Source of the DNA: an uncultured Pseudomonadota bacterium
Lineage (GTDB): Bacteria > Myxococcota_A > Polyangia > Fen-1088
Direction: 5' to 3'
NCBI GenBank assembly: GCA_963847705.1
Contig: CAWKBC010000034.1
Coordinates: forward strand, 227,902 to 291,901
DNA length: 64,000 nt
The notes beneath the pieces were generated by a model. That model did no database searches, had not been told where the DNA came from, and saw only the letters and a list, made by a program, of their open reading frames with translations. Position 1 is the first letter of the stretch, and every line of letters starts with the position of its first letter. The position numbers and the translations under genes are program-made. This document shows positions 30,007 to 38,873 of the stretch, piece by piece.

Positions 30007-32394
30007 TCAGCGCGCGGACGCCTCTGGCTGCCGCGGCTCGAGGGTAATCGGGATCGACTTGGAGGCCGGCTGGTTGCTGCCCGCGGAGACGGCGGCCAAC
30101 GGAACGAGCACGTTCGTCTCCGGGTAATAGGCGGCGGCGCAGCCGCGTGGGATCTCGTAGGGGATCGCCTTGAAATGCTCGGCGCGGCGGCGCTCGGCGC
30201 CGAAGTGGCTGACCAGATCGACGATCTGGTTCTTCTCGATCCGACGCTCGCGCATGTCCTCTTCGTTGAGAAAGACCACCCGCCGCCCGCCGTGGATCCC
30301 CCGGTAGCGATCGTTGTCGCCGTAGATGGTGGTGTTGAACTGGTCATGACTGCGCAGCGTGGTCAGCAGCAACCGGCCGTCCGGGAGCGCGTGCTCGGGG
30401 ATGGGGTGGACGGTGAAGCGCGCGCGCGCGGACGGCGTCGGGAAGATCCCCTCGCGCGGACCGTTCGGCAGGTAGAAACCGCCCGGCTCACGGACGCGGC
30501 GGTTGTACTGCGCGAAGCCGGGGACGACGTGCTCGATGTGCTCGCGGATCCGATCGTAGTCGTCGATCAACCCCTGCCAGTCGACGGTGCTCCGGGCGCC
30601 CAGCGTCGCCAGCGCCATCCGGCCGACGATGGCCGGCTCGCTCAGCAGCTGCTCCGAGCCCGGCGGCAGGACGCCGCGCGACTGGTGAACCACGCCGGTG
30701 GTGTCCTCCACGGTCACGAACTGCTCGCCCGATTTCTGCATGTCGCGTTCGGTGCGACCGAGGCAAGGGAGGATCAGCGCCGTCTGACCGGTGATGAGGT
30801 GCCCGCGATTGAGCTTGGTGGCGATCTGCACCGTCAGCCGGCAGCGCGCCATCGCCTCGGACGTGTAGTGGGTGTCCGGCGAGGCGCTGAGGAAGTTTCC
30901 GCCCAGCCCGACGAACACCTTCACCGCGCCGTCGTGCATCGCCTGGATGGTCTTCACCGTGTCGAGGCCGTGCTTGGCGGGGGGCGAAAAGCCGAACTCG
31001 CGGCCCAGCGCCTCCAGAAAGGCCGGGCTCATCTTCTCCCAGATGCCGACGGTCCGGTCCCCTTGCACGTTGCTGTGGCCGCGCACGGGACAGAGGCCGG
31101 CGCCGCGGCGGCCGATCTGGCCGCGAAGCAGCGCGAAGTTGACGATGCTCTGCACGTTGGCCACGCCGTTTTCGTGCTGGGTGATCCCCATCGCCCAGCA
31201 GCAGATCATCCGCTCCGAGCCGAGCGCGATCTTCGCCCCCTCGGCGATGAGCGCGCGCGAGACGCCGCTCTCCCGCACGATCACCTCCCAGGAGGCGGCG
31301 TCGAGATCGCGCACCAGCGCCTCGAACCCCTCGGTGTGGTGCGCGATGAAGTCGTGCGCCAGCAGCTTGCCGCCGGCGGCGCGATCGGCCTCCAGCATCT
31401 CCTTCATGATCCCCTTCAGCAGCGCGACGTCGCCGTTGATCCGGACCGGGAGAAACAGCGAGGCGATCTCCGTGCCTCGGCCCAGCAACGACAGCGGCTC
31501 CTGCGGGTTCTTGAACCGGATCATCCCGGTCTCGGGCAGCGGATTGACGCTGACGATCTTGCAGCCGTTGCGGGCGGCGATCTGCAGCTCCGACAGCATG
31601 CGCGGGTGGCAGGTGCCGGGGTTCTGGCCGATGATGAAGATGCTGTCGGCGTAGCTGAAGTCTTCGATCTTCACCGTCGCCTTGCCGATGCCGATCGTCT
31701 CGGTCAGCCCCAGGCCGCTCGACTCGTGGCACATGTTCGAGCAGTCGGGGAGGTTGTTGGTCCCGAATTGCCGGACGAAGAGGCCATAGAGAAAAGCCGC
31801 TTCGTTGCTGGCCCGTCCCGAAGTGTAAAACGATGCCTGGTCCGGTGAGGCCAGCGCGTTGAGCTCCTGGGCGCAGAGCGCGAACGCCTCGTCCCAGGAG
31901 ATCGCCTGGTAGTGATCGCTCCCGGCGCGACGCACCATCGGGTGCGTCAGGCGCCCCTGCTTGTCGAGCCAGAGGTCGCTCTGCGCCAGCAGCTGGGGAA
32001 TCGAATGCTGCGCGAAGAACTCGGGCGTGACGCGCGCGCGCGTCGCCTCGGCGGCCACCGCCTTGGCGCCGTTCTCGCAGAACTCGGCCGTCTTTCGCTC
32101 GTCGTCGGGATCCGGCCAGGCGCAGCTCGGACAGTCGAAGCCGTCCTTCTGGTTGAGGTTCAGCAGCGTCTTGAAGCTCCGCTTGACCCCCATCTCGCGG
32201 GCGCCACGACGCATCGTCTCCCAGATCGAGGCGACGCCCGCCGCCGCCAGGTCGCGCTTCCCCGCCTTCGGACCCTGCTCCTCGGGCGGCGGCTCGGCGC
32301 CGGGGATGCCCTGGGCCAGGTGCGCGTCGACCACCACCGCCTTGGCGTCCCTTTGATTGGGCGCGCTGTTCTCGTCCTGCGGATCGTTTGCCAC
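30007..32394 (-). CDS. FdhF/YdeP-family molybdopterin oxidoreductase
   Basis: GFDCPSCAW, EFCENGAKA, FYTSGRASNE, NNLPDCSNMCHE, RGHSNVQGDR and LRSHDQFNTTIY. Confidence 0.95.
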   Translation of the reverse strand: MANDPQDENSAPNQRDAKAVVVDAHLAQGIPGAEPPPEEQGPKAGKRDLAAAGVASIWETMRRGAREMGVKRSFKTLLNLNQKDGFDCPSCAWPDPDDERKTAEFCENGAKAVAAEATRARVTPEFFAQHSIPQLLAQSDLWLDKQGRLTHPMVRRAGSDHYQAISWDEAFALCAQELNALASPDQASFYTSGRASNEAAFLYGLFVRQFGTNNLPDCSNMCHESSGLGLTETIGIGKATVKIEDFSYADSIFIIGQNPGTCHPRMLSELQIAARNGCKIVSVNPLPETGMIRFKNPQEPLSLLGRGTEIASLFLPVRINGDVALLKGIMKEMLEADRAAGGKLLAHDFIAHHTEGFEALVRDLDAASWEVIVRESGVSRALIAEGAKIALGSERMICCWAMGITQHENGVANVQSIVNFALLRGQIGRRGAGLCPVRGHSNVQGDRTVGIWEKMSPAFLEALGREFGFSPPAKHGLDTVKTIQAMHDGAVKVFVGLGGNFLSASPDTHYTSEAMARCRLTVQIATKLNRGHLITGQTALILPCLGRTERDMQKSGEQFVTVEDTTGVVHQSRGVLPPGSEQLLSEPAIVGRMALATLGARSTVDWQGLIDDYDRIREHIEHVVPGFAQYNRRVREPGGFYLPNGPREGIFPTPSARARFTVHPIPEHALPDGRLLLTTLRSHDQFNTTIYGDNDRYRGIHGGRRVVFLNEEDMRERRIEKNQIVDLVSHFGAERRRAEHFKAIPYEIPRGCAAAYYPETNVLVPLAAVSAGSNQPASKSIPITLEPRQPEASAR

Positions 32395-32525
32395 GCGGAC
32401 CGCCTTTTCGAAAGCTTACACGCTCACTCCGGCCGGAGAACGAGAAGCCCAGAAAAAAAGCCGGAACCCCGGCCAGAAACATAACCATCTTCTTTGAGGG
32501 AATCCCCGATACACGGAGGTCAGCC

Positions 32526-33932
32526 ATGGCTGGATTTCTTCCTCGATTTCTCGGCAGAGAGCAGATCATCGCCCGGCCCGGATTCAATCGCTGGTTGATC
32601 CCACCCTGTGCGCTGGCCACGCACCTGTGCATCGGGCAGGCCTACGCGCTCAGCGTCTTCAACTTGCCCCTCACGCGACAGCTGGGCATCTCTCACGCGA
32701 TCGCCGGCGATTGGCGGCTCACCGAGCTCGGGTGGATCTTCACGCTCGCCATCTTCTCCCTCGGCCTCTCCGCCGCGCTCTTCGGCAAGTGGGTGCAGAG
32801 CGAGGGACCGCGCAAGAGCGGCTTCGTCGCCGCGCTCTGCTGGGGGCTCGGATTCCTGGTCGGTGCCCTCGGCATTCATCTGCACGCGCTCTGGCTGGTC
32901 TATCTCGGCTACGGCGTCCTGGGCGGGTGCGGCCTGGGGATCGGCTACATCACGCCGGTCTCGACGCTCATCGCCTGGTTTCCCGACCGGCGCGGCATGT
33001 CGACCGGCATGGCGATCATGGGATTCGGAGGCGGCGCCCTCATCGCCTCTCCGCTCTCCGACTTCTTGATGCGGCACTTCGCCTCGCCGACCTCGACCGG
33101 CGTCGCGCAAACGTGGCTCGTGCTGGGATTCGTCTACCTGGCCTTCATGCTGGGCGCCGCGTTCGGCTACCGCGTCCCCGCTCCTGGGTGGAAACCCGAA
33201 GGCTGGGTGCCACCGCCCGAAAAGGCACAGGCTCTCGTCACGCGTTACAACGTCACCCCGGCCGATGCCATCCGCACGCCCCAGTTCTGGCTGCTGTGGG
33301 TGGTGCTCTGCTTCAACGTCACGGCCGGGATCGGCGTCCTCGGGCAGGCGTCGGCGATGATCCAGGAGGTGTTCAAGGGGCGGGTCAACGCCAGCGCGGC
33401 GGCAGGCTTCGTCGGCCTGTTGGGCCTCTTCAACATGGCGGGCCGCTTCCTGTGGGCCTCGCTGTCGGACAAGATCGGACGCAAGCCGACCTACATGTGC
33501 TTCTTCGCGCTCGGCACCGCCCTCTACGCGCTGGTGCCGCTGGCCGGCAAGAGCGGCAGCGTGGCGCTGTTCGCGGCCTGCGTCTGCCTCATCATCAGCA
33601 TGTACGGCGGCGGCTTCGCCACCGTCCCGGCCTATCTCGCCGACGTGTTCGGAACCAAGTACGTGAGCGCGGTGCACGGCCGCCTGCTCACGGCCTGGTC
33701 GGCGGCCGGGGTGTTCGGCCCGGTGCTGGTGAACTACATCCGCCAGTTCCAGATCGACCGCGGCATCCCCAGGAGCGAGGCCTACAACGTCACGATGTAC
33801 GTCATGGCCGGGCTGCTGGTGATAGGCTTTTTCGCCAACCTGGCGGTGAAGCCCGTCGCCGACCGCTTCCATGAGCACAGCGATCCGCTGGGGGCGCGCG
33901 GCGCGGGCAACGATCGCCGGGTGTTGGCCTGA
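32526..33932 (+). CDS. OFA-family (oxalate/formate antiporter-like) MFS transporter
   Basis: GFNRW, IGQAYA.SVF, GIGYITPVSTL..WFPDRRG..TG.AIMGFGGG, SMYGGGFAT.PAY and HGRLLTAW; GGAGGT RBS. Confidence 0.92.
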   Translation: MAGFLPRFLGREQIIARPGFNRWLIPPCALATHLCIGQAYALSVFNLPLTRQLGISHAIAGDWRLTELGWIFTLAIFSLGLSAALFGKWVQSEGPRKSGFVAALCWGLGFLVGALGIHLHALWLVYLGYGVLGGCGLGIGYITPVSTLIAWFPDRRGMSTGMAIMGFGGGALIASPLSDFLMRHFASPTSTGVAQTWLVLGFVYLAFMLGAAFGYRVPAPGWKPEGWVPPPEKAQALVTRYNVTPADAIRTPQFWLLWVVLCFNVTAGIGVLGQASAMIQEVFKGRVNASAAAGFVGLLGLFNMAGRFLWASLSDKIGRKPTYMCFFALGTALYALVPLAGKSGSVALFAACVCLIISMYGGGFATVPAYLADVFGTKYVSAVHGRLLTAWSAAGVFGPVLVNYIRQFQIDRGIPRSEAYNVTMYVMAGLLVIGFFANLAVKPVADRFHEHSDPLGARGAGNDRRVLA

Positions 33933-33942
33933 AGCGCGAGGA

Positions 33943-33978
33943 GATCCCATGACCGATCCCATGACCGATCCCATGACC
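33943..33978 (+). repeat. Perfect 3 x 12-bp tandem repeat GATCCCATGACC carrying three in-frame ATGs
   Basis: Units at 33943, 33955 and 33967. Confidence 0.9.
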
Positions 33979-34095
33979 AACAAGAAAAATGACACGGTGA
34001 AGCTGGCGCTGGCCTGGCTGGCGGTCGGAGTCCCGCTGGGCTGGGGCGTCGTCGAGACGCTCAAAAAAGCGATGGCCCTGTTCGGCGCCGCGTGA
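33949..34095 (+). CDS. MFS transporter small subunit
   Basis: KLALAWLAVGVPLGWGV.ETL.KA..LF, the small TM protein that typically follows OFA transporters; GAGGAG RBS. Confidence 0.8.
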   Translation: MTDPMTDPMTNKKNDTVKLALAWLAVGVPLGWGVVETLKKAMALFGAA

Positions 34096-34961
34096 AGCCG
34101 CCGACGCCGGCAGGCCCTCTCACGCTGCCGATCTGGTCGCAGGCTGGGGCGCGCTGCGTGGAGCGCCCCGTCGAACGGCGCGGGACCCGTCCGCTCGGGG
34201 GGCTTCCCGCGGATCGCGATCTGGTGGTGGCCGAAGAGCCGCTCGAGATCCGCATCGCAGGCGAGAGCCTGATGGTGACCATGCGGACGCCCGGCGACGA
34301 CCTCGATCTTGCCGCCGGCCTGCTCTACACCGAGGGGGTCATCTCCTCTCTCGACGAGGTCGCCGCGCTCACACAGGGAGACGCCTCGGCCGGGCGCGAT
34401 CGCGACAACATCGTCGACGTGACCGTGGCGCGCGGCCGCAAGCTGGAGGCCTCGGCGGCCCGGCGCGTCCTGCGCGCGAGCGCGGCCTGCGGCCTGTGCG
34501 GCAAGGAGAGCATCGCCGCGGTCCGCCGGCGTCTCCCGGCGCTCGACGATCCGACGACGGTGCCGCTGGAGGTCGTGCTCGCGCTCCCCGACACGATCCG
34601 GGCCGCACAACCGGTCTTCTCGGAGACAGGCGGCCTGCATGCCGTCGGTCTGTTCACGGCCGAGGGGGCGCCGCTCGTGGTCCGCGAGGACGTGGGGCGC
34701 CACAACGCGGTCGACAAGGTCATCGGCGCCCGGCTGCGCGCCGGGTACCCTTCGCTGGCGGGCGCGGTGATGCTGCTCTCCGGGCGCGCCGGCTTCGAGC
34801 TGGTCCAGAAGGCGGCGGTCGCCCGCGTCCCCATCGTCTGCTCGGTCTCGGCCCCCTCGGCGCTGGCGGTCGATCTGGCCCAAGAGGTGGGCATGACGCT
34901 GGTCGGCTTCGTGCGCGGCGGCTCGGCCAACGTCTACACCCACCCGCGCCGGATCATCTGA
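34092..34961 (+). CDS. fdhD: Formate dehydrogenase accessory sulfurtransferase FdhD
   Basis: EEPLEI, TMRTPG, CGLCG, TGGLHA, REDVGRHNAVDK and SAPS.LA. Confidence 0.95.
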   Translation: MKPPTPAGPLTLPIWSQAGARCVERPVERRGTRPLGGLPADRDLVVAEEPLEIRIAGESLMVTMRTPGDDLDLAAGLLYTEGVISSLDEVAALTQGDASAGRDRDNIVDVTVARGRKLEASAARRVLRASAACGLCGKESIAAVRRRLPALDDPTTVPLEVVLALPDTIRAAQPVFSETGGLHAVGLFTAEGAPLVVREDVGRHNAVDKVIGARLRAGYPSLAGAVMLLSGRAGFELVQKAAVARVPIVCSVSAPSALAVDLAQEVGMTLVGFVRGGSANVYTHPRRII

Positions 34962-35138
34962 CCGCGTTCCCCCCAGGGACTGCGGTCAGAAAAGTGGTGC
35001 ATCAAAAACTGCGATTTCTGCGGGAATGACGCGCTTTATTTGCTTCAGGCGCTCCCGGGCTGATGACAGAATTCGGGTCGCCGCCTGACGCGTCGGCGTC
35101 GATCAGAATTCGCAACGTCCGCTTGGAGAGGCGCCCCC

Positions 35139-36713
35139 ATGAACCAACGGAAGCTGGTCGCGAGATGGATCCTGTCGTTCGCTTGCTCGACGCTCATCGC
35201 CTGTAGTGGCGGCTCGGGCGACGGCGCCGGCGAAACGGGTGGCTCGAATGGGTCCGGCGGCGCCGGCGAAACGGGCGGCACCACCGGCACCGGCTCAGGC
35301 GGCAGCGTCGGCTCGGGCGGTAACAGCGTGACTGGCGGAACGTCGGGCGCCACCGGTGGCAGCGTCGGCTCAGGCGGCAACGCCGCGGCCGGCGGTCGCG
35401 GCGGAGGCGCGGGCGCGGGCCAAACGGGCGCGACCGGCGCGGGCGGCAAGGGGACCGGCGGCGCGACGGCCACCGGCGGCGTGACGGGGACGGGCGGCGC
35501 GACGGCCACCGGCGGCGTGACGGGGACGGGCGGCGCCGCGGGCGCCAAGGGGACCGGCGGCGCGACCGGGACCGGCGGCGCAGGCGGCAAGGCGACCGGC
35601 GGTGCCACCGGCACGGGTGGCACCACGGGCACCGGCGGCAGCTGCACCGTCGCACCGGGCTCGGAGATCGGCACCTTCACCGACCCGGTGACCGCCACGC
35701 CGATCGCACCGCCGAATCCACCCGGCATCAGCTTGAAGGACACCGACGGCAACCTGGTCGACGCGCATGGTGGCGGCATCATCAAGGTCTGCGACACCTA
35801 CTACCTGCACGGCGAGTACTTCCTCAGCACGACCACCGACAACGACTTCAACGGGTTCTCCATGTACTCGTCCAAGGACATGGCGACCTGGAAGAACGAA
35901 GGGATCATCCTGCCCCAGCAGGCGAGCGGCTCGCTGCTCGGGCCCAACCGAAAAGGAGAACGGCCCCACATCATTCAGTGCCCGAGCTCCGGCGAGTTCG
36001 TTCTCTACGCGCACGCGGCGGACACGACCTACCAGGTCGACAAGGAGGTCGTCTACGCGACCGCGGCGAAGGTCACCGGTCCCTACACGTTCAAGGGAGC
36101 CCTGACCAGCACCGGCGCCCCCAGCGACTGCCAGGTCACCACGGTCCCGCCGTCCTCCTGCAGCGGATCGATCGCCGCCCACAGCGACATGAGCGCGCTC
36201 ACCGACGGGAGCAACGCCTACGTCGTCACCGAGAGCGCCGTGGTCTACACGCTGGCCGCCGACTGCCACAGCTGGGCGTCGAGCAAATCGTACGGGACGG
36301 TCAACGGGACCACCGGCGGCATCGAGGCCCCCACCGTGTTCAGGGCCGGGAGCACCTTCTACTGGATCGGCTCCGACAAGACCGGATGGCGCGCCAACGA
36401 CGACTTCTACTCGACGGCGCCCGCGATGACCGGGCCCTGGACCTACCAGGGCTACCTCGCCCCCGAGGGGGACCTGACCTGGATGACCCAGAGCACCTGG
36501 GTCATGCCGATCGTGGGGAGCGCCGGCACGACCTACGTCTACTGGGGCGATCACTGGTACGGCAACCAGGACACCACCCACCCCGGCCAGCACAACAACC
36601 TGGCGACCTACGTCTTCCAGCCGCTGGTGTTCACCGGCACGAAGATCGGCCTGCCGACCTATCAGGTCAGCTGGAAGCTGGACGTCGGCGCGGGCACCTG
36701 GTCAGCCAATTAA
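35139..36713 (+). CDS. Lipoprotein glycoside hydrolase family 43 (subfamily 24-like) with long Gly/Thr linker
   Basis: Lipobox LIAC, about 140 aa of G/T linker, then DAHGGGI..YYLHGE, YSS.D...W..EG, ERPHI, EAP, TGW..N, TQST and Y.GD.W. Confidence 0.85.
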   Translation: MNQRKLVARWILSFACSTLIACSGGSGDGAGETGGSNGSGGAGETGGTTGTGSGGSVGSGGNSVTGGTSGATGGSVGSGGNAAAGGRGGGAGAGQTGATGAGGKGTGGATATGGVTGTGGATATGGVTGTGGAAGAKGTGGATGTGGAGGKATGGATGTGGTTGTGGSCTVAPGSEIGTFTDPVTATPIAPPNPPGISLKDTDGNLVDAHGGGIIKVCDTYYLHGEYFLSTTTDNDFNGFSMYSSKDMATWKNEGIILPQQASGSLLGPNRKGERPHIIQCPSSGEFVLYAHAADTTYQVDKEVVYATAAKVTGPYTFKGALTSTGAPSDCQVTTVPPSSCSGSIAAHSDMSALTDGSNAYVVTESAVVYTLAADCHSWASSKSYGTVNGTTGGIEAPTVFRAGSTFYWIGSDKTGWRANDDFYSTAPAMTGPWTYQGYLAPEGDLTWMTQSTWVMPIVGSAGTTYVYWGDHWYGNQDTTHPGQHNNLATYVFQPLVFTGTKIGLPTYQVSWKLDVGAGTWSAN

Positions 36714-36715
36714 GA

Positions 36716-36867
36716 TGGGACCCTGGGAGGGTTCCCAATTCCCCACGCGCTGGCCTCCGGCCAGCGAAGCTGTCCCTCCCCCACGCCCAATCAACATTGG
36801 AACCCGGGAAGGGTTCCCGATCCCTCCCCGTTGGGCTCCGGCCAGCGAAGCTGTCCCTCCCCCACGC
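36716..36867. repeat. Two ~81-bp-period direct repeats with internal hairpins (REP-like), between convergent genes
   Basis: Identical 32-mer CTCCGGCCAGCGAAGCTGTCCCTCCCCCACGC at 36755-36786 and 36836-36867, each preceded by a GG(G/A)ACCC..GGGTTCC hairpin. Confidence 0.85.
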
Positions 36868-36871
36868 GAAA

Positions 36872-37174
36872 CTAGCCGGGGACTTTGGCGGCCAGCACGT
36901 CGACCTGTTCGATCTTCGGCGGGGCGGACAACAGCTCGCCGGCCTTGGCCATCAGCGCGGCGGCGATGGGGCCGTTGAGGTGGGCCTTGCGGCCAGTGTC
37001 GCTGGGGAAGGCGTCGAAGATCCCGAACGTCGACGGGCCGAGCCGCAGCGCGAACCAGACGGTCGTCTCGGGTTCCTGCTGGGCGAGCGCGAGACCGCTC
37101 GTGAGAAATTCCGCCACCGCAGATTCCTTGCCCGGCTTTGCTTCCAGCCTGACGAAAAGACCAACCTTCACCAT
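36872..37174 (-). CDS. ABM-domain protein (putative quinol monooxygenase)
   Basis: VRLEAKPGKE..V..FL, EP.T..WFA, FGIFD.F, GR.AHL.G; AGGAGG RBS. Confidence 0.85.
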   Translation of the reverse strand: MVKVGLFVRLEAKPGKESAVAEFLTSGLALAQQEPETTVWFALRLGPSTFGIFDAFPSDTGRKAHLNGPIAAALMAKAGELLSAPPKIEQVDVLAAKVPG

Positions 37175-37289
37175 GGGAGCCTCCTTTGGTCCCCTTCTCA
37201 TGCTTCTGGGCCTGCCCATCCGCAAGACCCGATCGTCGCGGGACGTTTTTTTTTCACCGCCGGGCGCCGATCACCGCTGAGGCTGCCGG

Positions 37290-37850
37290 TCAACGACGCG
37301 CCAGCAGCCGCCAGTCGACCGACCAGACGGCCCCGCGCTTGATCCAGCGCAGCGGGCGCCGCTTCTCGACCGGCGTGCCGAGGGCGTGGTGATAGAGGTG
37401 GTCGATGCGCGTGTAGAAGCCACGGGTGTGGTAGCTCTCCGGGCAGGCGAGGCGCGTGCAGTCGAGGTGGTGGCAGAACTCGTGCAGCAGCGTGTTGAGC
37501 AGCGCCTTGGGGCTGGAGACCTTCTCGCGGATCGCCGTGCGCATCCAGACCCGGATGCGATGGGTCTTGGGCGTGTAGTCGCCAAACAGCTGGTAGGTGC
37601 AGACGCCGGCGGTGACCCGGTGGGGCCGTACGCCGAGGACGCCCAGCGGCGGCACGGGCACGGCGTAAAATTCCGACAGCGCGGCGAGCAACCTGGCGCC
37701 GGCGCGCTGGACCGGCGCCGTCTTCTCGGTCGCCATCGCTTCGGCGAGCGCCAGCGTCAGCGCCGGGATCTGTCCGTCCTTGGCCAGAGGGACGGTGACG
37801 ATGGCGTCGCTGCGATCGTATTCGCGGCGCTTGGCCTCCGCGCGCGGCAT
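37290..37850 (-). CDS. SprT/WLM-like zinc metallopeptidase-domain protein
   Basis: TLLHEFCHHLD (HExxH) plus a downstream HT.GF third ligand. Confidence 0.75.
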   Translation of the reverse strand: MPRAEAKRREYDRSDAIVTVPLAKDGQIPALTLALAEAMATEKTAPVQRAGARLLAALSEFYAVPVPPLGVLGVRPHRVTAGVCTYQLFGDYTPKTHRIRVWMRTAIREKVSSPKALLNTLLHEFCHHLDCTRLACPESYHTRGFYTRIDHLYHHALGTPVEKRRPLRWIKRGAVWSVDWRLLARR

Positions 37851-37979
37851 CGGATCGGTGATCACCTGTGCCAGTTTAGCGCGTGGCGCGCGCGGAGCAC
37901 GGCCGCCGAAACGGCGCCGGCGAACAGCGCCGCCTCTCACAGTTCGTCACATCGCCGGTGCCGAGCTGGCGTTCCGCCG

Positions 37980-38227
37980 AGCTCGGCGAGGTGGCCGGCT
38001 CCGATCGCTCACGGCTGTTCAAGCTGGGTGCGATGGAGGCGCCCGCCGTCGCCGCGCACGCCTACCGGGCGATGATGGCGGGAAAAACGATCGCCATCCC
38101 CGGCGTGCGCAACAAGATGATCCTGCAAGCCCAGCGCCTCAGCTCGCGCAGCCTGAGCCGCGCCGTCGCCGGACGGCTCAATCAGCCCGAGCGCGTGCTC
38201 AGCGTCCGAAAACCATCGGGAAGGTGA
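37980..38227 (+). pseudogene. C-terminal remnant of a short-chain dehydrogenase/reductase
   Basis: ELGEVAGSDRSRLFKLGAMEAPAVAAHAYRAMMAGKTIAIPG.RNK resembles the SDR C-terminus; no upstream TGxxxGIG or YxxxK was found. Confidence 0.6.
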
Positions 38228-38807
38228 GCGTCGATTCCCCGCCGGTCGACGACGGTGGGAACTTGAGATCGCGCAGCGCCTCGACCATGCAGAGCTCCGG
38301 GTCACCGCCGCCCAGCGTCGAGGTGACCACCTCGGTCAGCGGCACGCGCCCGCGCTCGTCGATCGACAGCCGAAAAATCACCCGCCCCGCCAGCGCGGCG
38401 TTCTTGGCGTGTTCCTTGTCGTAGCAAGCGTCGAGCTTGGCGCGAACGGGGCGCAACACGGTCTCCGCATCGGCCTTGGTGATGCTCCCCGAAACCTGGA
38501 ACCCACCGGCGGCCGGACGCGGGGACGAGGCGGCTCGGTGCGCGCGGCCGCGCGGCGGCCCGGCCAGGTCAGGCTGGGCGTCGACAGGGACCAGCAGATC
38601 GACCGCCGCGTCCTTGACCACGGGCGCGGCCGCAGGCAACGGCCGCTCGAGCGCGGCGTCGACCACGGTCGGTGCCTCCGCGCGGCGCGCGCACGCCCCG
38701 ATCCCCAGCGAGAACCCAGCCCCCAGGACCAGCGCGACGATCAGCGCGACCACCAGCGCGCTCCACCCTCGAGCAACCGTGTGCAACGCAAGCGCGACCA
38801 TCAGCAT
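38199..38807 (-). CDS. Single-TM protein with AgmX/PglI C-terminal domain
   Basis: GSI....AE.VL......L.ACY......A.LAGRV.FRLSI...G.V...CMVEAL..LKFP......LTFPMVF. Confidence 0.8.
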   Translation of the reverse strand: MLMVALALHTVARGWSALVVALIVALVLGAGFSLGIGACARRAEAPTVVDAALERPLPAAAPVVKDAAVDLLVPVDAQPDLAGPPRGRAHRAASSPRPAAGGFQVSGSITKADAETVLRPVRAKLDACYDKEHAKNAALAGRVIFRLSIDERGRVPLTEVVTSTLGGGDPELCMVEALRDLKFPPSSTGGESTLTFPMVFGR

Positions 38808-38873
38808 CCGTCGTTCTCCCGTCGTTCTCCCGTCCTTGCGGAATCCGACCATACTAACCTGGAGGTGAAGAGC

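Noticed and set aside
30007-32394. Selenocysteine recoding in the FdhF-like gene
   Set aside because: The ORF is uninterrupted and the putative Mo-ligand region is Cys-encoded (CSNMCHE).
36716-36867. Possible mini-CRISPR (32-bp repeat, 49-bp gap)
   Set aside because: Only two copies, and the gap is itself homologous to the sequence before copy 1, so it is a tandem duplication rather than repeat-spacer.
37234-37255. CGTC-GCGG-GACG plus T-run as terminator
   Set aside because: Only a 4-bp stem, and on the wrong strand for the flanking minus-strand genes.
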